This document shows, in pieces, positions 34,307-49,339 of a stretch of 56,309 nt of DNA. Position 1 is the first letter of the stretch, and each line of letters opens with the position of its first letter. The position numbers and the translations under genes were made by a program. Under the pieces are notes generated by a model, which was given only the letters and a program-made list of their open reading frames with translations, made no database searches and was not told the origin of the DNA. This DNA is from Chara braunii (taxonomy: Eukaryota > Plantae > Charophyceae), in assembly GCA_003427395.1 (NCBI GenBank), contig BFEA01000041.1:2855815-2912123 (forward strand). The letters are read 5' to 3'.

Positions 34307-36408
34307 GCCTAACGGCATGCACAAACGGGAAGTCGTGTTGAAGTGTGGGGGAGGAGGGGTTGTTCTGCCGCTCTTGGGGGGGATTGAATATGACGCGCAA
34401 TCAGCAGGCTTGACTCAATGGCACTTGCAACATGCATGCATGTAGGAGTGCCGATGGCAACGCAATTTCATGAATGCAGAATGAGCAACAAGCTCGAGAG
34501 GGGCGCCTTGCGCCGCACACAGAAAACCTTGGGAATTTGACACGCTCGGCCAGGAACTCAGCTAAAGTCAAGTTGTCAGTGTCACATCTCGCGGCTATGG
34601 CATCTGAGTGCCTGTCTGAATTCCCCACGTGGAACATTGTATCCACCATCAGACATACTCACGGTGACTCACACATGTACACACACACACACTAGGATTT
34701 CCGCCCTGAATGTCTATGCACACACACGCACTGCATTCTATCTGTTGACGTCAGCAACTTCGCACGGCTATGGCCGCCGTCCGTCGTCTTCAAGTTCCTC
34801 CTCCCCTAACGGCTATGGCCGCTTGCCCTTTTTCTTTGTTGGGCACCTGCAGACCTCTGATGCACAAGTCGCCCAAGCAGCGCTTCCGCATTGTTCGCAG
34901 GCCAAAGAATGAATGGCGTAGCGTTCTCTTAATTTATACTGTTTCGTTCGTGGTCTGCCCTGTCTTCGGTCCCAGGCCCAAGGAGTGTACATCCCCACCT
35001 GGTACTTGCTGACTGGACAAGGTGCACTGGGAGTGGGACTGCTAACTAGGCTAGGACCAGGCTCTACCTTGCTGACTCAGCTATGCGCAACTGACTCCTA
35101 AGAAAATATACATGCAATCTAGGGTGGGTGTGCAAGAAGCAGTGAGCGGTTGTGTTGAAGAAACGGACCCTCGATGCTGGTCGTGGGCCCTGGCTTTCAG
35201 GGAAAGATCCTCGGACAACGGCAATTTAACCGGAGGCCCTGGGGCAAATGTTGACCATGTTCAAAATCGATGAGAGAAGCGTCTTGTGGAATCGTTGCCG
35301 GCAGGTCAGCATCCATGAGAAAGAGATGCACTGTGCGTTTGGAAAGGTCGTAATATATGAACTGGTATAGAACAATCCCCAACTGGTGAAGTGCAACAGG
35401 GGCGTCGTGTGATCGCCATACTCTGTGATGATCTGCACATGAAGAGAAAACATCGCTCTCGCTAAGTTTCAGACTCTGGAGGTATGAAGACTGGTGGGTA
35501 CTTGGTAATCTTAGAGGCGTCAACGCAGACATGACAATGCATAATAATCTGGATGAACTGAACCGCACTCGATTTTCAGAACGAAAGTGCTGTCCGCGGT
35601 AGTGGGATGGGGTCAGAAGAGGTACAACCATGAATAGTAGCAACCCGTAAGTGCGGTGTGTCTGAACAACACGGACGTAGAAGGTATGTATTGGCATCTA
35701 TATGCGATGGCAAGTCACTGTGGATGTCCAATAGGAAAAGCGGCAGCAGAAACCTCGTAGACAAATAGCAGGTATATTATAAGAGAACAATTATTTCTTG
35801 CAGAATTTCGCGGTCTGCATATTGGTCAGACGAGAGAAGCCAGTCTTCAAGGTCAGCAGCTGCGTTGCCAATTGTACGCACCCTCATACGAGTACAGATT
35901 CATACTCGCTGTACTCGTACACTGGGGCCCCTATATGACCTTTTTTTTTATCTGTTCCCCCCCNNNNNNNNNNNNNNNNNNNNNNNNNNNNNNNNNNNNN
36001 NNNNNNNNNNNNNNNNNNNNNNNNNNNNNNNNNNNNNNNNNNNNNNNNNNNNNNNNNNNNNNNNNNNNNNNNNNNNNNNNNNNNGGGGGATTCCTTTTTT
36101 TTTTTTTTTTTTTTTTGGAACGGGAGCATACAAGACTTGCATGTTCCTGTACAGATCCCGTACAAATATTACCTGTTTGTTTCGTACGGAAAGGCCCCGT
36201 ATGTGTATGTTATGGAATGTAGGTCAGCAGAAAAGCGATGCATGGTTGTCATCTGCGTAACGAAGACAAAAAGCAAAATGCAGAGCAGCAGAGGTCATAA
36301 GCGCTGCATTTACACTAAGGTTACTTACCATCACATGCAACATGAAGAATATTGCAGGACGTAAACGTGATTTCAAGCCATTGGCAAGGCACCACGACAA
36401 CAATCATC

Positions 36409-36518
<110 letters not shown>

Positions 36519-36637
36519 CTCAAACCCAAAGCCGACCTACAGCATGCCAACTTTTCCATTTCAAACATTATTAGAGATGAATGTATGTGGCATCCTGGCA
36601 TGGTGGTCAAGGCTGGACAAAATTGAGTAGAGTGTAG

Positions 36638-36716
<79 letters not shown>

Positions 36717-37666
36717 GTTCCACATCTCAAGTTTTGTTTAGAATATTAGTTGTGGAGGCATTCCAGGTTCAATGGGTAGCGTATGCATAAGACGAGGTTC
36801 TGGTCGCATATATCGAAACTCGGCATCGCAAGTCGGCATGCGAGGCATGTATGTATAGTTGTGACCAGAGCTACGAGAGAATGCAATGCAGGTTCCGATC
36901 ATTGGAATTGCATATTCTGTGTGGTTATAACTAATAAGTCTATTCTTTGCAATAGCGAAAATAATTGCTTGTAGGTATCTTCGAATGTCGTCCTCAATGC
37001 CATATGCAGAGCAATCGCTTCGCTTTCGTTGTCTATATCTGCCAAATACATTGTAATCATATGTCGAGTGCCACTTGTGGTAATACACCAACAATCCTTT
37101 TATGATTGTTGTTGTCTCATGGTAAGGAAGATATTCAACATAATTTTCGAAGTCGGCGGTTGTACTATGTAGTATACGCTTCGGTTTTTCACGAGGAAAT
37201 AGAGAAAGGTAAATGAGAGGCAGGTCATGTTGTCATGAAAGCAGTTATGTCGTTGGAACGTGTGCACAAAATAAACAAAGGCACTGTTGCTTGGCAAATT
37301 TGAGATGATTTGTTGAACTATATGAATCTGCAGAATATGGCAAAATCACAGGAGAAAAAAAAAATACAAATAAATCTCTCTTGTGCCAAAAAAAAACGAA
37401 GGGAGACTAAGCAGAGAAATTAGTGTTGTATATTGATAGAGGCGAAACTGGGCAAAAGTAAGAGAAGTAAGTATGACATGCTGAGTGAAATTGCACTTGG
37501 TTTGGAAACCCATGTTTATACCTGAAAGTAAGACTGGACGAAGACTGCAAATATGTTAGAACAGAGGAAGTTAGAGAAAAGAGTAAGGTACATTTAGGCA
37601 GAGTTAAACAGACTTAGTTGTACTTCTATATCAAAGCAGTGCTCTTAAAGCTAGTGTGTGTGTGTG

Positions 37667-37704
37667 CTGTCTCTTATACACATCTAGATGTGTATAAGAG
37701 ACAG
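37667..37704. other. Nextera mate-pair junction adapter (assembly artefact)
   Basis: Same 38-mer, followed by ~33 bp identical to gypsy LTR sequence (~26475-26507) and then a gap. Confidence 0.97.
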
Positions 37705-37994
37705 CCTTCACACCTTGTGATGAGGATGATGTATGTTTNNNNNNNNNNNNNNNNNNNNNNNNNNNNNNNNNNNNNNNNNNNNNNNNNNNNNNNNNNNNNN
37801 NNNNNNNNNNNNNNNNNNNNNNNNNNNNNNNNNNNNNNNNNNNNNNNNNNNNNNNNNNNNNNNNNNNNNNNNNNNNNNNNNNNNNNNNNNNNNNNNNNNN
37901 NGTGTGTGTGTGTGTGTGTGTGTGTTTGTGTGTGTGTGAGTAGTTTAAATTCCAAAATGTTGGAGTTAACTAAGCATGAAAGTGTAATTTGGCA

Positions 37995-38245
37995 AAACAA
38001 TATAACAAAGTGTAGCATAGCGTAGCGCAGGTATAACAAAGGAGAGCACAATACAATAGAGCATAGCACGCATAACATAGCATAGAACAAGACAATATAA
38101 CAAAACATGATGTAGTATAATAGAGCATGCATAGCAAAGTATAGCATAACGTAAAGCAACATAGCAAAGCATAACACAATATAGCGTAGCATAGCATATC
38201 ATAACACAAAATAACATATCACAATACAACATGGCATAGCAAGAC
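37995..38245. repeat. Degenerate pentamer satellite (ATAGC/ATAAC)
   Basis: Periodic CATAG/CATAA/CAAAG units. Confidence 0.7.
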
Positions 38246-41200
38246 ACACTGTGTTATTATATGTTATTTTGTGGTATCCTTCACTATGCTATGCGCATAG
38301 TCCTGGCTGCTTGGCATAGTTGCATGTAATTGACACATGCCATGCTGGAAGCTTAGTTGAAATGCAGAGAGAAATGGATGGATACCAAAATAGGGATATG
38401 CATAGTCATATTGCAATAACATGAGGCAAGACCCTCATGTTGTGGTTGAAAGGGATGTTTTTAGTGTGTTATTTTCGAAAAAATTGAACGAAAAGGAAAA
38501 AAATTGATAAAGCGAATGAATTCAAAATTATTGTCTAAAAACGTATGTAAGAAGTATTCAAATAAAAATTGGAAATTGAGAGAAATGTCGACGTTTAGTG
38601 TATTGTACGGAGGCTGTTCTCTTACTTCATGCTTTGACTAGCCGCGTTGTTGATTGCGGAGTCGATGCCGCAAACGCCATCCTCATGCCGACTGCCGGCG
38701 TTGCCCTTGCTCTTGTTTGTTCTCTCTCCTTCTGTCTCTCCTTGTGTCCTGTGGGAGAAGAGCCTACACCGAGTGACTGTTTTTACTCTCTGATTGCGCT
38801 GACTCGCACCCGCTTACATGGTCCTTCCTTGTCGCAAGCGGGTCCTTCCATGATTTTCATATTCATGAATTTGGACAAGTGGTGATCAATTGGTTCATAC
38901 TGTGGTAGCTTCATGAAAACATAGAATAGAATGTTTACGTTTAGTGTGTTGTACAAAGGCTCCTCTCTCGCTTGTTGCTTAAACCAGCCATGTTGTTGAT
39001 TGCGACACAGTTGTCACAAACACCACCCTTAAGCCGATTGTCAGCGCTCTCCTCGCTCGTGCTCCTTCTCTCTCTTTGTCTCCCTCTCTTTCTCTCTTCC
39101 CGTGTCCTATGGGACAAGAGCCCACACCCAATAGTGTTATCACTCCTTGATTACACCCACGCCCAACCCCAAGCGACCTTTCCACGGCAACACCTCTGCA
39201 CTTGGTTCTTCCCTGCCAGTTATCCACGTGTACCGAGCGTAATGATGTCGTTGATATGAATAGATGCTGACTTGTTCAACATCCAAGGGTTGAGCATGAA
39301 ATAGATGCATCATAGAATCGAACGCTTGTCATCACTCAGTTATAATAAACCATAAATTTGCCTGAATTTCAAAAAGAAAAGAACATTTTCATACCTCAAG
39401 AACTGACCTAACTTAAAACTAATATTGTCATAGACGGAAGCAGAAAAGAACCCAAAACCGGAAAGTTATCTATGTTGAGAAGATCGCTGGTGATGCATCG
39501 AAACAACATGAAGGAGAAAACTAGAAGAACAACCATTTTGCATCAGTTGGCGAAAACCATGCTTCAGAACAAACCAACAGAGAGAACCAAAATGTACACG
39601 ATAGCAAATTAAACAAAACTCTAAGGCTAATCGAGCAAGAGCGTTCATCTCGTGAATTGGTCATAGGATAAAGACCCACTGGACATTTTTTGCTCGATCA
39701 TGAAACGTGGTCACACAGAAGGCAAAGGTATCCCACAACGAACAACAGGTTGTTGCAGAGCATGCGAACAAGCACAAAATGTTGATGTTTGATGAACCTA
39801 ACAATACATATGTATACACATCTATGAAAAGTTTCTAACAAAGTAGGCAGACATGTCAATGGAGCAAGAGCACTCGCCTCTCAAGTATGAAGCTCCTAAC
39901 TATGCTAAATAAACTAGACTGTAAAGGTGATGCATTAAGACTGCTCACCCCTTGAATTGGCCGCGGATTGGAACTCCGCACAACGATGAAGAAAAAGTTG
40001 AAAATATGACAGTAACCTTTCATTCGGCGTGTAAACCATGGCGTGGTGAAGCATTCAAAAGCGGCGATGTCATTCTGCAGTTTCATTGTTAACATTGCAA
40101 AAGGCAGCAGTTGTATACTTGTGAATAAATGCAAAGTTTTTTGCATCGTTTGGACTGCTATGTTCACTGACGTTGTTGGCGGGCTTGAAAATGTGTAAGG
40201 TTGAAGCGATGCAACCGGTGCATCGTCGATGGGACGGTTGTCAGCAAGAGCATTGACAGCACGGTCGTCCGTAGGAACCAACGAGGCGTTGATTTCGACG
40301 AGCGCCACATCGAGCATTGGAGAAACTTGTGCAGGCAGGTTCTCGATTGGTTGAGGTTCCACGTGTTAAACATTTATGTTAAATGATGAAATGTTGCGCA
40401 TGCTGTAGTATTTGTGACTGGCCGTGTGAATATATGCCAGAGCTGTGCCAATAAGCAGAACTGTCAACGTCTCTTCGAAGTCGTAGACTGTGCCCCTTTG
40501 CAGCAGCACCAAAAGGTCAGTTTAAGTGTCTCCGACGCTCCGTATGTGTTTGTCAATGTCCAATGTGCATCTTGGACTGCAGCTTCTTGACCCACATCTG
40601 CTACTGTCATGTACATCACATATTTGTCCTCGGCCCATCTCCAAATCGAATGCACAAGCAACGCTCTTTCTATGACTTTGAAAGGCGCCCTGATCAACTC
40701 CCCCATTTTCATTGTTATGTTATGGACAATTTAATGACCTCTGGGTTTCTTGGACAATTTTGTCTCTTTGAACATATGCAGAAGTTCAACAAGCGATGAC
40801 CTGCTACGTTTGAGAGGTAGCAACTGGTTAGGTAAGTTCTTCGCCGGACTGTTGTTAGGAGAAGTCGCCATGATCTGAAAAAAATTAAGCAGATAGCTGA
40901 ATATATGCATGAGAATTTGCGGAACAATTGAGACAATTGCAGAATTGTTTTGACTGCATCGCATAATTGTTTGAGAACGAAATTAGTGCAAGAAAATGAA
41001 TTGCATCAAAGTGGCGAGGAGGCATTAGGCGGAATCGTGATTAAGACAAAAAATAGAAACAAAATGCAAAAAAGGTCATGAGAAGTTAAACACATCGGAG
41101 TGGCGACAGATAGGGGAAGACCAAGTGCGGATGGGGAAGCAATGCTTTGAGCACTTAAGTGATGGACTCATGATGTTTGAAGCTGCAATAGAAAGATATA

Positions 41201-41264
41201 TCTGGTTGGGTAAATTTATTGACATGAGAAAGTGGCGAAGACAAAAGAAGATGACGAACCATAA

Positions 41265-41690
41265 CAAGCAGGAATATGCCGCAGTCATATCCATGTCGTT
41301 GCCGCGGACCATGAATATTGAGTTGCGGGATATTCTAAAATGTTTGTAGATAGTCACGACGTTGTCAAAGCGAATGCACCATACTTTGGAAAAATACGGA
41401 ATTGAAACCATGCAGACTGTCGTAAAAGAAGAGGGTTCGACTTGTCAAGGCTATGTCATAGAAGCGCCCAATGGTGCCCGTAAAGATGAATAGGTAGAAA
41501 GAAGTGCCAGAACATTTCCATAGAGCGATGGCCTCGGTGACTGTCAATGTTCTGGTTCACGAAGGATATATCACGCCTTGCAATTTCGTGGGCATATACG
41601 TAAGTGTTCGCAGTAAGGACTGGCGGGAAAATATCTCTGATGAGATTTGTACAGTCACCACTAAGAATATCGTTGAGCCATGATTTACCA
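41265..41690 (-). pseudogene. Ulp1/SENP (peptidase C48) SUMO-protease remnant
   Basis: Ordered motifs across frames: SWLND, FLPIHLYGHHWALL, FFYDSL, PRQRHGYDCGIFL (His-Asp-Cys triad plus oxyanion Gln). Confidence 0.72.
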
Positions 41691-42199
41691 TGAAGGCTAT
41701 GGTATTGACATTGTAATGAGAGTTGAGCATGTTCTGGTGAGGATGTCCATGGTAGGAGCATGATGTGGGTATCAACATGCAGACAAATGTTAGATGAAGT
41801 AGGTAAGAAGTTTGCAAGTACATGAGCTAATGGAAGGGCATAATTTTGGACGGCAGATGACAAGGGTTGCAGACATGAAGCTTTGAAGGAAGCATCAAGA
41901 ATGCAGTGTTGTGATGGAGGAGGAGGAGACGGGAAGGAATATGCAGAATTTTGGACAATATATAGAAAAGATTGTGTGAAGTTTTTAATGTTTAGTAACT
42001 GTGGAGCTCTGGAGGAATATGTGGAATGCGTCATGGCGGTTGTGACATAGAGGATTTAACAGGATTTTGCAATAGGAGTAGTGAAGCATGTGCAAGTTTA
42101 TCAAGCCGAGAAGCATGGCAAGGTCATTCGCTTGGAAGACATTTGCACATTCTTGTGTGAACTTTTCTAACACGACAAACCCTGACCGATGGACAACTC

Positions 42200-45100
42200 G
42201 TAAAACCATAATGTAACCTTGTTGTGGAATATAATGAACATGCTTAGATTCCGGTGACACGTTTTTACAAGCTACAACCACCATATAGGACAACGCCTCA
42301 CCCTGAATTTTGTGAACCTCGAAGAAATAGCAGACACAAATTAAAATTGCAAAGGTCGCAGACTGCATTTTGTTTTCGGTATGCATGGGACACTCGGGAG
42401 AACGATCTTTTCTTATTTTTGTGGTCTCTGTCTACAAATAGGATAACCATCGAACGGAAGGTTAAACATAGTCGGGCATGTAAATTGTTCAAAGGAAGAT
42501 CGTCGTGGTATACGAACAAACGCAACCTCAGGCGGAAAGTTTGGAATCAACACGCATATCTCGACAACAATGTCATGAAGCAAAGAAGAAGTGATGCTAG
42601 ATGGAAATTGCAGCGAGTGCAAGAATCCAAAAGTGTCATTGGCTACATCACGTTGAGGGTCAACGTTTTGTGTGAAAAGAAGTGACATGTCGGGAACAAG
42701 GTCAAGGAATGGTGCAAAGCGAGGAAGCTTGTTGTTCGGCAACGCATGATGTATCTAACATCTTCGGGGGTCTTATTTTGAAGAGCTTTTCCAAAATCAG
42801 CAATTATTCGCACAGGATGGTGATGAGGAGGAATGCAAAGTGCACACTGTCAGGTGTATGCATGAGCAAGACGAATGTGGGCGTTATTGTCTGGGCTGAC
42901 AAAAACGAAAAAATGTGTAATGCCCTTTTTTACATTACAACGTGAATAGCTAGACCATTGAATGTTGTCAAAAAGTCTGTTGTTGATGATGTCAATAAAC
43001 TCAGGATTCCACACACCCATTCTTGCATTTTTGGAATGGATGCCCCACTCTGGGTCGACTTTGAATCGGACGTTGTCTGTTAAAATAACAACAGTTTTGA
43101 ATGGACGCCATAAATGGAAAGCTTTGTGGTCTGATGACGTTTGTGTTAAATCTGGTGCAGGTTCGTGGTAAATAGGTGTGCTACTCACTGGAGGTAGCTG
43201 GAGGAAATCGCCTGTAGGGACCATGTGTATGCCACCGAATGACAACTCAAGCTTTCGTATATCAAACAGTGTGTGGTGCAAGCGTGCCCACTTGTCTTTG
43301 TCTATTATTTGAACTCATCAATCACCAACATGCATAATTTGAGTGTGAAGCCAGTGATGCCTTTAAGTTATGCCTTGCGTTGTTCAAAGCGTTGTTCAGG
43401 TTCTAAGTTGTGGATACCCATCCAACTGTGGAAAGTGATACCGGAGATAACCACCGCTGCTTTACCTGTCATTGTTGTTTTTATAACGCTTTTATTATGA
43501 CCCTATCGGGTACCAAACGCTTCAAGAGCAGCGATCACATGTGATTTCCCAGTCCCTCATTCCCCTGTAAGATATATGAGCAACTGTTGTTTGTGGACAA
43601 CCTCGGTCATTTCTCCAATAGGAATGAGTGTATTTAACATATCAGCAGTGGTTCGAGAAAGCCAAGTGTTAAGCAGGGTTTTTGCAAGCATTACAAATGT
43701 AAGATGTTCTCATTCAACGAAAACTCTTCTAAAATGTCATAAACAAAAGGAAAATGCGATTTTATCGAGGATGATGTTTGTACATCAAATGATGTTTGTG
43801 TGTTACGCTTTTTGAAACGCAATGCATCTATGATTAGTTGAACTCTGGTTGGACAAGGAAGATCTGTCCGACATGACGAATGAGAAACTATGTCTACTTT
43901 AAGTATTGGTGAACTTTTTGTTCATGCCAACACTTCCGAAGCATATTCGATTCTACGTTTCAAAAAAATGTTTATCGATGACCAGTCAGTTTGGACAAGG
44001 TTGATGTAAACATCAAGTATCAGCGAAACTGCTGAATCTATGACATTAGTTATGAGCGAGGGACCATCATCCTCTTCAAAAATATGGGAGAGAATCATCA
44101 GAACACCAGACACATGATCATTAGGATGATCAACATCACTAGTTGCTCATCGTCTGAAGCATGAAAAATAACAGATGCTTCATGTTTTGAAACATCGGAA
44201 AATCTTTTAGATATTTCGTCATTATTGTTTGCGTCTTCCTGTTGAGCTGATCTCATGCTTCGCATCTGCGCAGCGTGCTCACGCACAATATGATAATCTT
44301 GCATCTGCAGATAGATATCACAAACAAAATCGGGCATGCTATCATACAAGGCCATGAATGCATCATGCCAAGTAGCACTCGAAACTAGCAAGTTGGCAAT
44401 TGCACAAAATGGCTTAAACAATAGCAAAGCAAGCTGCACACGCCGTGTTCTTACTTCATCATCTTCGTCGGGTGCAAAATATGGGATGCGCATTGAGTAT
44501 AGCATAACAAGTATACATTCATGCTTATATCGTGGAAAAGATTTTTGCATATTGAGCGGATAATCGTAAAGGAAAAAACAATCTTCCATGGATGATAGAA
44601 GTTTATCTGAACGGTAGAAACACATTGCAAACTCATAGAGGCAAATATTTGAGAGTGTTTGTGGTTGAAATATGTAGTCATGTAATGGATGCGTCACGGT
44701 GAATGCAATGTCAACATGCTCAATCAAGCATAGAGTATTCTCATCATTGTGCAACTGTTTTAAGAACTGGTAACGCGGCATGACTTTGTACGTGTGGCTT
44801 AAGTACGTGTAGGATTGTCGCAGCACATAGAGAGCAGATAACGGTCCAATGGTTTCTTGTTTCTTAGTCATAGCAAAAAGTTGTGAGGAAAGACAACGCC
44901 CCATTTCAGTCTCACCAGGAAGAGGTGCACGCTATTTATTCAATTGTTCTCGCCGGCGGCGTGCATCAAATGCAGCCAAATACAAGGCAATGGTGCAATC
45001 AATTTTGTGTTGATCTTTAGTTGTATATTTGCAAGAGTACCAAATGCGTTCTGCTGCCTCAACGCCTCCAATAGCGGCTTAATGTCATGATTGCACTTGA

Positions 45101-45701
45101 ACGTGAAAATAATAATATCATTATAATCATGCACATATTCATCGCCCAAATCACGCTTGAATCGTATTAAAGGCAATAGTAGAATCTCTTATGCGACATA
45201 TAAAACTTTAGCAATTCATAAACAATGACAGGTCTGACAGAATGCAGTTTCTTGATTTATGCAAGTTGCGTATCTATGAACGGATCCACCAAATTTGTGA
45301 GGCAAAACGCTACGCATGACCCTAGTCTGAGCGAGGATATTTGTGAGGCTCGTCATCAATTGTTAAGGCCAGGTAGCGTCTCGTAGACGTGCAAACAATT
45401 GACCACCAAAGAAATGATTCACGATCCCAAACTTCGAGAGTTTCACATGATGACGAGGAGCAAACAATGCAACATCGCATTTGGAGCAAATATTGAAATA
45501 ATTGCTTTGCATATTTTGTGCATTAGTGCCTCTGCATGATAGCAACAAATTTTTAAACAGAGGGCACAAATCGCTGCAGTCATAATCTTCTACAGCCAAT
45601 GGGTCCAAGACATGTTCGGGGTTCTCAAGATACTGATGCAGTCCATCAACGACATCATATTGATGTGGCGAATACGTCATGGCTTCTCTTAGTAACACCA
45701 A
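42200..45701 (-). pseudogene. Helitron-type RepHel remnant (PIF1-family helicase plus Rep-flanking motifs)
   Basis: Helicase motifs: Walker A LTGE*GTGKSH (43539-43571), TGKAA..GITFHS, GDFLQLPPV, VILTDNVRF..DPEW, HKIQGEAL..YIMVLRV. Upstream motifs: YNDII..CNHDIK, HDYIFQP..LSNICLYEF, and CSKC..VNHFFGGQL (DUF6570-like). Confidence 0.75.
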
Positions 45702-47305
45702 AGTGTCACAAACTCAACAAACAATTTCGAGTAGACATGACGGTCCAAGTTTTTTTTTCAGTCGTTTTGCGATTTCTTTCTTCTGGTCCTCTGTTATGGC
45801 CATGATAAAAGGAGGGCGAAAGGCAACACGTGCGGCTTTATCACAAGCTATTTTTTTGAGATGCATATGTGTGATAGGCTACGTTTGGCTATGGTCACTG
45901 GGCAAAATGTCAAGAGGTGTAGACATCAGCTTGTCTTTTGCACGAGCCAATTGTTTGAGCTGGAGTTTTTTCTCAGTTGGTACGACGACAAAAGTTGGAG
46001 GTAGGCTGAGCGGATCAAGAGCAGGAGACATAGACGAAACATGGAACGAAGGTTGAGTACCAGAAGTGCCGTCATTGAGAACTGAATGAACAAGCGCAAG
46101 TCGTATGCCATCGGCACCAGACTGCGAGGCACCATGTACAATGACAGGGTTCAAATGTCGGCTCATGAAAGTACAGACAAACTCTGTGCACATAGTGGAA
46201 AAGAAAGTGCAAGGTGAATTGAGTGAATCGAAAGCAGGACATGTGAATGAAACATGTAGTGATGGATGACTACCAGAAGCAATGACATAATTGTGAACTG
46301 AGTGAATAAGAGAAAAAGGCATGCTATTAGAAACATGCATAAAGGCAGAGTTCAAAGACAGACTCCCCAAATAGGAGATATAATGTGTAAAGGAAGCAAA
46401 ACGTGAAGCGCATTGCACGTTGAGTAGATGGTGACCAGGGGATACGGATGAGATGTGCAATGATGGCTGACTAGCAAAACCAATGTCATCGCAAATTGAA
46501 TGGACATGAGCATAAGGCATATTGTTCAGACCAGAGTGTGAGGTACCATGTACAATGGCAGGGTTTAAAGTCAGGTTCGCCGAAGTAGAGACATTACGGG
46601 GAAAATGAAGGGGAGTGGAAGCCACACCGTCATAACCAGAGTGTGAAGCACTAACATCAAGAAAGAGTTTATGGCAAAAACAACAAAATCATCGATATTC
46701 TTAAATTAACAAATAGAAATAAAAGAGATGCTATTCAGATCAGATTGTTGAAGCATTTTTTTTTTTTAAACAGGCTTCCCAATGCCATGCATCATCTCGT
46801 GCAAGACGTTTTTGTCGAGCTTCATCAGTCTCAACTAGCTTATGTAACCGTGCTGCAACTCTTCATTTTTGTAAGCGTAATTCGTGTTGTTCAGATGTTT
46901 CAGGCGTATCACGTTTTTGTCCACCGCCTATCTGCTATACATGCGTCCGAAATTGATCAATCGTATACCTTAGCATCATTGGAACAATAAAGAGTCATAA
47001 GAAACCTACTGCTAAAGAGCATAGGCTAGCAAACAGGAAACAAATTGGTTACATGAAATGTACAAAAGTCCAATAAAGACGTTGACAATATATCACAGAA
47101 GATCTCAGCAGATATTTGAACAAACGATGACAATTGAAGAACATAGTCTGGCAATCAGACAAACAAACCGGGTACAGCGGTACACAAAAAAGAACGAAGG
47201 AAACAACTAGTGTTGGTTTTCAGGAGAAACGAAATAAGGCAAAAAAAAACTAACTCCCCATGTGTTTCGACAGGCGCCCAGCCGTCAAGATGAATACCGA
47301 GGGGG

Positions 47306-47358
<53 letters not shown>

Positions 47359-47409
47359 NNNNNNNNNNNNNNNNNNNNNNNNNNNNNNNNNNNNNCACAC
47401 ACACACACA

Positions 47410-47483
<74 letters not shown>

Positions 47484-49339
47484 TCTGGGAATGCTTTGGG
47501 GTAGGCATTCCAAGAGACAACTAAGGGTTGCTGCTGGGACGACGCTAGTCCGAGCTGGGGCGAGTCGTGTTGCCTTGTAACCCAACAGGGTGGGGTTACG
47601 AGGCCTGGAAGAGCCCGACAGGGAGTAAGACAGTGTTGGAAGAATTTTAGAAGGGATTGCTAGGGATTCTGAGGGTTTTGAGCATTTGTAGGACCTTTGT
47701 GGTGGCGATTGTTTCTAAAAAAGTTTCGAATTTTCTTACAGTCCCTTCGTGCAGCTTAGAAGGAAACTTCTCATATTTTTTCTTCTCGTATTCTTTCAGA
47801 TTTTTTCAGATCTTTTCTGTCGTGGGGTTCTTTATCGAATAGGCTAGTAATTGATCATGATCATATTTTCGGACAAAATCGGGTAAGAGTCCCGATATCT
47901 TAAAGTTTTTCTGTAATATATGTTCTCAAACATGTTTCATGTTTCAAATGGGACGGTGGGCTCGGTTCCCAGCACGTGCGGCTCCCCACGAATAGATTGG
48001 AGCACTTGTTCCCCCGCAAAAAAACGATATCATCACAGAACTAACCAGCCCCATATAAGTCAGAATAATTATTTTATTTTGTCATCCGATTGCATCTGTA
48101 TTCAAACCTGGGTCTGTATTTCATCAGTTAACAGGTGTACCAACTTTTTTTTTTTTTTTTTTTTTTTTTTTCGTGAGAATAGTCTGTGAACACGATATGA
48201 TTCAGAAAGCATGGGTAGGATCATGAATATCTAATCACCTATTAAGGAACTACTCATGCAATAGGCTGCCATGGAGGTCCTACGAATGCTCAGAACCCTC
48301 AGAATCCCTACCGGGCTACAACTGCTGCTGATGGAATATCATCCTGGAGCTCAGCACCGATGATAAAACAACGATCCCATTTTTCAAATCTGTAACTCTA
48401 CAATGGCTTATTGGCATCACATCGGGCCCAGTCAGTTAATCAATGGTTAGTAGTACTTACTACTGGTTACATGAAAAAAAAAGAAACGCTCAGATTGCAA
48501 CAGTAAGGACACATGCCATGTGTACCGATAACATACGTGAGGATATCATCCAGTGCCAGTGATCATGCACTGAAGTGACTGAACCGATCCACTTTTAGGA
48601 GAGTGTCAAAGAGTTGTGGGTCTCCGATTTTCTTCCCTGCCCTTCAACCCTCCACCCCCATCATTACCATCCTGCTATCTCAACCTATCTGTTACCCTCA
48701 CCAATTATGTGAAAGGAAGTACAAACTATATGGGGGGTTAACTTTGATGGCTATTTGTTTGGTAACTTTGGTTCCTTCTATTGTCATAGTGAAAAATGAC
48801 AGGGCACCATATGAAAGAGGGGAGATATCACAGATGTGCAAAAAACATGGATGCAGATTTGTCTGCAATAAAAGAGGCCTGGTCACACAGTTCACCACAT
48901 GGAAGACTCGGAGGAGATGTGCAAAAGACATGATCAATGAAGATTTGTCTGCAATAAAAGAGGACTGGTCAAACATTGTGCAAAAAAACAATGATATGGA
49001 AGAGGAGATGACATTGTGCAAAAAAACATTGATGGAGACAATGGAGAGTCTTATCTGCAATAATTATTATAGAAGAGGTCTGGCCACAACTCGTCAACAC
49101 GGTTGAAACGGAGGTTCGATGCATATGGAATAGAATCAGACGAAAGGTACAACTCAGACAAAAAAAAAATCAATGACATCTAGAAGTAGGACAACATTAA
49201 AAAAAAAAGAAAAAAAAAAAAGTAGGACAACATTTAAATTGGAAAATAAAGTATTAGGTAACTTCGATGAAGTACGTGCACAGGGTTTTAAATTTTTAAT
49301 TAGTTCATGGATCATTGTAATTGGATAAATTTTAGGACT

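Noticed and set aside
48603-49106. 167-aa ORF
   Set aside because: GTG start, no recognisable motif and no supporting gene structure.
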